A stretch of DNA of 12,442 bases from Candidatus Zixiibacteriota bacterium. Lineage in GTDB: Bacteria > Zixibacteria > MSB-5A5 > WJJR01. Made by a program: the position numbers and the translations under genes. Each line of letters begins with the position of its first letter. Positions within the stretch are counted from its first letter, which is position 1. The stretch spans positions 1-12,442 of the forward strand of contig JAVHPP010000092.1 in NCBI GenBank assembly GCA_036170655.1. Direction: 5' to 3'. The notes under the pieces are model-generated. The model saw only the letters and a program-made list of their open reading frames with translations, searched no databases and had not been told where the DNA came from. Of this stretch, positions 7,564 through 12,442 are shown piece by piece.

Positions 7564-7898
7564 CGTCTCCTCCACGTGCATCAATCCCAGCGGTATCAAC
7601 TGCCGGATCAACGCCACCTTTGCATCCACATCCGACCCCGCGTAATCCGCCCAGTCAATCACCGGCACGCCACCAGCCGCCGAGACTTCCTGCCGTGAGC
7701 ATGGCCGAACGGCTTGCCCTGAGCGTGGCCGAAGGGCTTGCCCTGAGCGTGGCCGAAGGGCTTGCGCCGCCCGGTTCGCATCCCCATCTTGCTCATGAAT
7801 GGCTCCTCCTTGCCTGTGCTCCCCTTGAACTCTACTCAAGCTCAAGAAACCACAGAGGTTGGAGTCGTTCAACTTTCAACTAAGAATGGGATACCGCC
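7561..7898 (-). mobile_element. IS256-like element remnant: left end plus frameshifted transposase N-terminus
   Basis: AGGAGGAG RBS (7803-7810) and ATG 7796 give MSKMGMRTGRRK..; after a frameshift VIDWADYAGSDVDAKVALIRQLIPLGLMHVEETL, which resembles IS256-family transposase N-termini as I recall them. Putative terminal IR GGCGGTATCCCATTCTTAGTTGAAA starts at 7898. Confidence 0.6.
7691..7762. repeat. Three tandem 24-bp hairpin-forming repeats (CCTGAGC..CGAAGG REP-like core)
   Basis: 7691-7714 TGCCGTGAGCATGGCCGAACGGCT; 7715-7738 and 7739-7762 TGCCCTGAGCGTGGCCGAAGGGCT (identical to each other). Confidence 0.9.
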
Positions 7899-7969
7899 AC
7901 GCTCAGCAGGAGGACGGTCAGAACAATCCGTGTTACTGTTTGTCTCCGGCTGGCCGCATCATGTCTCAT
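7880..7969 (-). pseudogene. Possible N-terminal stub (signal-peptide-like) of a gene cut by the IS256-like insertion
   Basis: ATG 7969 overlaps the dnaG 3' end and reads MRHDAASRRQTVTRIVLTVLLLSV, then crosses the putative IS end at 7898 and stops at 7880. Confidence 0.4.
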
Positions 7970-9749
7970 GCTGGCTCTCTGTGTCCTCGTCATCGGGTTC
8001 TTCCCCCGACGCGGATGCCATCAGGGCGGTATATTCTTTCAGCAACCGGGTCCGGGCCTCTTGGTCGCCCTCTTGCTGTGCTTTAGCCAGCAGGCTCTTG
8101 TACTGCTCGCGGGCCTGGGCACGCTGCCGCCGGGATTTCATCAATCGCAGACTGTCGCTGAGCGCACGGCTGGCCACGTCCGGATCGACCGGAAACGCCA
8201 TCAGGTAGGCCCAGTGTGTCACTTCTTCACTGTTCCGTCCCAATTCCGCCGGGGCGACGCTCCACTTGCCCTGTTGAATATCCTCGATAAGAGCGGTGTA
8301 CATGCGGCGGTAGAGTGGCACCAGAAAGTCGGCTGGTTCGAGCGCTGCGCACGCTGTCTGGGCATACTCGCGTGATTCGATCATCAGCCGCAGCAACTCC
8401 TCTTCTTTGGAGAGGATGGTTGGTTTGCGTTTCGCGGCCGGCCGATTTGCGGGAGTCACGACGGTGGGACCGTGCGGGGCCAGCCGCCTCAATTCGCCTT
8501 CGGAAATGCCAACATGATTCGAGACTTCTACCAGCAGGGCAGCACGCCGGGTCGGATCGGTCACCATCGCTGCCAGTGACAGAAACTCTCTGGTGATCCG
8601 CTCACGCGCGAGAAAATCCAGACCGCCCGGCTCATGACGCGCCAGTTCGACACGGTACTCGACAATGCCGGGCGCGGTCTCCATCAGCGCGCGGAAGCGA
8701 TCCGCGCCTTCGCGGCGCAGAAATGTGTCGGGATCATCGCCGCCGGGAAGCACGGCGATGTCCACGCCGATCCCCGCGTTGAACGCCACATCGATCCCCC
8801 GCACCGTGGCGCGCTGTCCGGCGGTGTCCGCGTCAAAGATCAATGTCATCCGGCCGCAGAAGCGCCCGAGCAATCCGGCCTGCTCCACGGTAAGCGCGGT
8901 GCCCGAAACGGCCACGACGTTCTCAATGCCAAATTCAATCATGGTCAGCCAGTCCAGGTAACCCTCGACCACCAGTACGCGACCGGCCTTGCGAATCGCC
9001 TCGCGCGCAACCGACAGACCGTAGAGAATTTTCCCCTTGTGATAGACCTCTGTCTCCGGGGAGTTGAGGTATTTCGGCTGATCATCGGGCGCGATCGCGC
9101 GCGCGCCAAAGCCGACGACTTTGCCCGACAGGTTTTGTATGGGAAACATGATGCGGTTGCGAAAGCGATCGTACGGCTGATCGCCGAGCTTGGATTCGAG
9201 AGTCAGTCCCGCAGCGAGGAGGGCCTTCGTATTCAGATCGCGCCCGCGCGCATTCTTCGTCAGCGTGTCGAACGCCAGTGGCGCATAACCGATGCCGGCG
9301 CGCCGCAGAGTGACGTCCTGGAAGCCGCGCTTCATGAGATACTCGAGGGCGGACCGGCCGACCGGGGCGAAGAGCGCGCGCCGGTAAATCTCGTCAGCCA
9401 TCGCCAGACAGTCGAAGATGTCTTGCCGGCGCCGGGCATCGAGATCGCCTTCGCGGGACCGTTCGGGAAGACGAATCCCGGCCCGGTCGGCACAATACTT
9501 GAGCGTTTCCGGAAAGCTCCAGCCCTCGTGTTCCATGAGGAACGCAAAAACATCGCCGCCCTTGCCGCAGCCAAAGCAGTGGAAGAACTGCCGGTCGGGA
9601 TGAACACTGAACGACGGCGTTTTCTCGGTGTGAAAGGGGCACAGTCCAAGAAGGCTTGCCCCCCGTCTTTTGAGGGTCACATACTGGCCAACGATCGCCA
9701 CAATATCGGTGGCCTCGCGGACCTGCTCTTTGATCGCATCATCGGGCAT
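7959..9749 (-). CDS. dnaG: DNA primase, 596 aa
   Basis: CHC2 zinc finger (CPFHTEKTPSF..FHCFGC), DRFRNRIMFPI, PKYLNSPET, TOPRIM VEGYLD and FDADTAG, DPD motif. Confidence 0.97.
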   Translation of the reverse strand: MPDDAIKEQVREATDIVAIVGQYVTLKRRGASLLGLCPFHTEKTPSFSVHPDRQFFHCFGCGKGGDVFAFLMEHEGWSFPETLKYCADRAGIRLPERSREGDLDARRRQDIFDCLAMADEIYRRALFAPVGRSALEYLMKRGFQDVTLRRAGIGYAPLAFDTLTKNARGRDLNTKALLAAGLTLESKLGDQPYDRFRNRIMFPIQNLSGKVVGFGARAIAPDDQPKYLNSPETEVYHKGKILYGLSVAREAIRKAGRVLVVEGYLDWLTMIEFGIENVVAVSGTALTVEQAGLLGRFCGRMTLIFDADTAGQRATVRGIDVAFNAGIGVDIAVLPGGDDPDTFLRREGADRFRALMETAPGIVEYRVELARHEPGGLDFLARERITREFLSLAAMVTDPTRRAALLVEVSNHVGISEGELRRLAPHGPTVVTPANRPAAKRKPTILSKEEELLRLMIESREYAQTACAALEPADFLVPLYRRMYTALIEDIQQGKWSVAPAELGRNSEEVTHWAYLMAFPVDPDVASRALSDSLRLMKSRRQRAQAREQYKSLLAKAQQEGDQEARTRLLKEYTALMASASGEEPDDEDTESQHET

Positions 9750-9765
9750 GGCGGTAACGCTTCAG

Positions 9766-9793
9766 AGCACGTGCGGGACGCCCGCGCTACATC
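9766..9793. repeat. GTAG-type REP-like palindrome, second family, copy 1
   Basis: AGCACGTGCGGGACGCCCGCGCTACATC; the minus strand reads GTAGCGCGGGCGTCCCGCACGTGCT, an imperfect hairpin. 24/28 identical to 12396-12423. Confidence 0.65.
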
Positions 9794-9883
9794 TCTCGCC
9801 ATTCGGCACGGGCCGAGGAAGATGCTCACCGGCCACCGGTCCGGCGCGTTTCGCGTCCTGCGGGTCTGGATTGGTGTTGGCTG

Positions 9884-12322
9884 TCACGCATTCTCCACGC
9901 GCAGCGCGGCAATAGTCACGCCTTCAGCGCCTTCGTTCCACTGTCCCGGACGTTTTGCTGCGACACGTTTGTCTTTGGCGAGAAACTCCCCGACCGCGCG
10001 CCGGAGAATGCCTTCCCCCTTACCGTGGATGATGCGCACCTCGTGCCAACCAGCGAGCAGGGCCTCGTCGAGATAGCGATCCAGCATTTCCAGCGCATCT
10101 TCTGCGGATAGCCCCCGGAGGGAAATTTCCGGCCCGGCATCGGATGTCAGCCCGGTAAATCCCCCGCTCGGCGAGCGGAGCACGCGGGTGGCATCGCCAT
10201 GGTCTGCGGCGCCGTCTGCCGCCATGCGTTCGGCGGCAGAGCGGTCGAGCGAATAGAAGAAATCGCCGATCTGGACTTTAATCTGCTCACGCTTGCCATC
10301 GATGGAGACAATCTCTCCTTCGCGATGAAAGGCATCGATCCAGACGCGGTCACCGACCTTCAGAGGTTCGGAATCACGTGACGGCACCGGGGGCGTCACC
10401 TCCGCCTTCTGCTCACGGATCTCCCTCAGGCGTTCATCGATGACATGATGCGATTCTTTGACACGTTGCTTTTCCGCCTGGGTCTCGCGGATCTCCCGCA
10501 CCAACCGTTCCATTTCCTGGCGTGTGGACGTGACGATCGTCTCGGCTTGCGCCAGCGCCTCGGATTTGCGTTTCGACTCCATTTGCTCCAGTTTCGCCAT
10601 CCGCGCACGGAACAGATCTTCGAGGGCCTCCGCTGCGTGCTGGCGTTTCTCGGTTTCCGCCTGACTTTCGCGCACGGCTGCCAGCCGCTCATCCAGTTCC
10701 AAGAGCAGACGCGACAGGTCCTTCTCCTGCTGATCGAGTAACGAATCCGCGTGTTGGGTCACGCGATCGGGCAGACCGAGCCGTCGCGCGATGTCAATGG
10801 CGTACGAAGCGCCCGGCAACCCGAGACGAAATTGATAGGTCGGTGAAAGGGTCTTGGGATCGAACAACACGGCAGCGTTCTCGATGCGCTGATCGTGCTG
10901 GGCCAGTGTTTTCAGCGCCGTATGGTGCGTCGTGACTACTAAGCGCACGCCACGGCCGATGAACTCGCTGACGATGGCCTCGCCGAGCGCCGCTCCTTCC
11001 TTGGGGTCGGTCCCCGCGCCGAGCTCGTCGAACAGGACGAGCGACCGGTCATCCGCCTCGGACAACGCGGCATTGATGCGCGACAAGTGAGACGAGAATG
11101 TCGAAAGCGATGACTCAATCGACTGCTCGTCACCGATGTCGGCAAACACGCGTCCAAAGACCCCGACTTGTGAAAGCGGTTTCGCCGGAAGGGGCCAGCC
11201 GGCCTGGGCCATGAGAACGAGCAATCCCACGGTTTTCAGCGCGACGGTCTTGCCGCCGGTATTGGGACCGGTGATGATAATGGCCGTGGTCGCATTCCCC
11301 AGATTGACAGACATCGGCACGACGGCGCTCGTGTTTTCCTTTGCGGTTTGGCCGCGGGACTTGAGAATGAGGAGCGGGTGGCGCGCTTCAATCAGGTTGA
11401 GTTCCGCTGTGTCCAGACGCTCCGCCACGGCGCCATCGGTCATCACGCCGAATCGGGCCACAGCGTGAATCGCATCCAGCGCGCCGACAATCCCGACGTC
11501 ATCACTAAGCGCGTAGCGGTGGGTGCGCACCAGATCGGTGATCTCGCGCAATATGCGTTCCACCTCACGCGATTCTTCCAGACCAATGCGGCGGAGACGG
11601 TTGTTGAGTTCCACCACCGCCATGGGCTCGACAAAGAGTGTCGCCCCAGACGACGAGCGATCCTGAATCACGCCCTCATTGGCGGCGGGATCGCCCTCGC
11701 GCATCGGAATAACAAAACGGTCGTTGCGCAACGTCACGATGTCATCCGTGCGACCCGGATCGCTCTGACGCTTTGCCAGGATGCGCTCCAGCCGGACCAC
11801 AATCGCGTCACGCGCGCTGCGTTTCTCACGGCGCAGCCGGGCGAGTTCGGGAGATGCCTGATCGCTGACGTCGCCTTCCGGCGTGATTGACCGCTCGACG
11901 GCAGAGCGCAGCGGATACACCCCCGAAAGACCCTCAAGGTACGATTCGAGAAGGGGGAATGCCCCAGCGCTGCTGTCACGCGGCACAAATCCCAGAAGGC
12001 TCTCGACCGCGGATAGGAATTCGCCAATCTCCAGCAAGGCCTGCGATTCGATAAACGAGCCTTCCAGCCCCGATTTTTCCAAATGCGGACGAATGTCGGG
12101 CACGCGGGCAATCGGAAAATCTCCACTCGCCCGGAGCACTGTCAGCATTTCAGCGGCTTCGGCCCGACGCTTGTCCAAAACCGTGATGTCCGCTGTCGGA
12201 ACCCATTCGGTCAGACGCTCCGGTCCCATGGGTGTGAGACAAAGCCCGGCCGTCACATGAACGATCTTGTCAAACTCCAGGATGGTCTGCACCTGGGACG
12301 GGGCAACAGGGACACCAGACAT
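9884..12322 (-). CDS. mutS2: Endonuclease MutS2, 812 aa
   Basis: LEFDKI N-terminus, SSSGATLFVEP, ARHPLL, Walker A GPNTGGKT, DIGDEQSIESSLSTFSSH, DELGAGTDP, coiled coil, KOW-like LKVGDRV, Smr domain with IIHGKGEGILR. Confidence 0.97.
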   Translation of the reverse strand: MSGVPVAPSQVQTILEFDKIVHVTAGLCLTPMGPERLTEWVPTADITVLDKRRAEAAEMLTVLRASGDFPIARVPDIRPHLEKSGLEGSFIESQALLEIGEFLSAVESLLGFVPRDSSAGAFPLLESYLEGLSGVYPLRSAVERSITPEGDVSDQASPELARLRREKRSARDAIVVRLERILAKRQSDPGRTDDIVTLRNDRFVIPMREGDPAANEGVIQDRSSSGATLFVEPMAVVELNNRLRRIGLEESREVERILREITDLVRTHRYALSDDVGIVGALDAIHAVARFGVMTDGAVAERLDTAELNLIEARHPLLILKSRGQTAKENTSAVVPMSVNLGNATTAIIITGPNTGGKTVALKTVGLLVLMAQAGWPLPAKPLSQVGVFGRVFADIGDEQSIESSLSTFSSHLSRINAALSEADDRSLVLFDELGAGTDPKEGAALGEAIVSEFIGRGVRLVVTTHHTALKTLAQHDQRIENAAVLFDPKTLSPTYQFRLGLPGASYAIDIARRLGLPDRVTQHADSLLDQQEKDLSRLLLELDERLAAVRESQAETEKRQHAAEALEDLFRARMAKLEQMESKRKSEALAQAETIVTSTRQEMERLVREIRETQAEKQRVKESHHVIDERLREIREQKAEVTPPVPSRDSEPLKVGDRVWIDAFHREGEIVSIDGKREQIKVQIGDFFYSLDRSAAERMAADGAADHGDATRVLRSPSGGFTGLTSDAGPEISLRGLSAEDALEMLDRYLDEALLAGWHEVRIIHGKGEGILRRAVGEFLAKDKRVAAKRPGQWNEGAEGVTIAALRVENA

Positions 12323-12328
12323 AGAGGG

Positions 12329-12356
12329 AATATACCATGACGCGCGGCCGCGTCAA
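12329..12356 (-). promoter_or_regulatory. Sigma70-type promoter directly upstream of the mutS2 start codon
   Basis: Minus strand TTGACG-N16-TATATT with extended -10 TG; only 6 nt (CCCTCT) separate the -10 from ATG 12322. Confidence 0.6.
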
Positions 12357-12393
12357 TCACACAGCCCAAAACGGGTGGCTGGTGCGCATGGAC

Positions 12394-12423
12394 GTAGCAC
12401 GGGCGGGACGCCCACACGACATC
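12394..12423. repeat. REP-like palindrome, second family, copy 2 (more degenerate)
   Basis: GTAGCACGGGCGGGACGCCCACACGACATC; core hairpin GGGCG-GGA-CGCCC; same orientation as 9766-9793. Confidence 0.55.
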
Positions 12424-12442
12424 CCGATGTCACCGGGTCATC

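Noticed and set aside
7691..7762. CRISPR array
   Set aside because: The repeats are directly tandem with no unique spacers, and there are no cas genes in the window.
8634..10076. 480-aa plus-strand ORF
   Set aside because: Antisense to dnaG and the mutS2 3' end, with no domain signal.
442..12322. Ada, DnaG and MutS2 as a novel DNA-repair or defence island
   Set aside because: All are canonical full-length housekeeping families, separated by unrelated genes and IS scars; nothing in the sequence ties them into one system.

Overview
GC-rich bacterial chromosomal window, mostly housekeeping genes with decayed mobile DNA. In order: a RAYT (REP-associated Y1/HUH transposase) that runs in from the left edge and is cut before its catalytic Tyr; a split Ada alkylation-repair pair (adaA-like plus ogt/adaB-like); an exported cupin; trpS; an exported DUF1579-like protein; a PpiD/SurA-like membrane-anchored PPIase; a chimeric dead IS scar (IS5-family 3' part fused to an IS256-like 5' part carrying three 24-bp hairpin repeats); dnaG; and mutS2. 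Three distinct REP-like palindrome types occur. I see no convincing novel multi-gene system. The best leads are non-coding: a candidate structured small RNA or attenuator at about 3890-4085 with its own terminator, a 12-nt match between it and the hairpin after the DUF1579 gene, a covarying 24-bp repeat, REP copies bracketing mutS2, and an apparently leaderless mutS2 promoter. All family calls come from motifs recognised by eye; no database searches were run.
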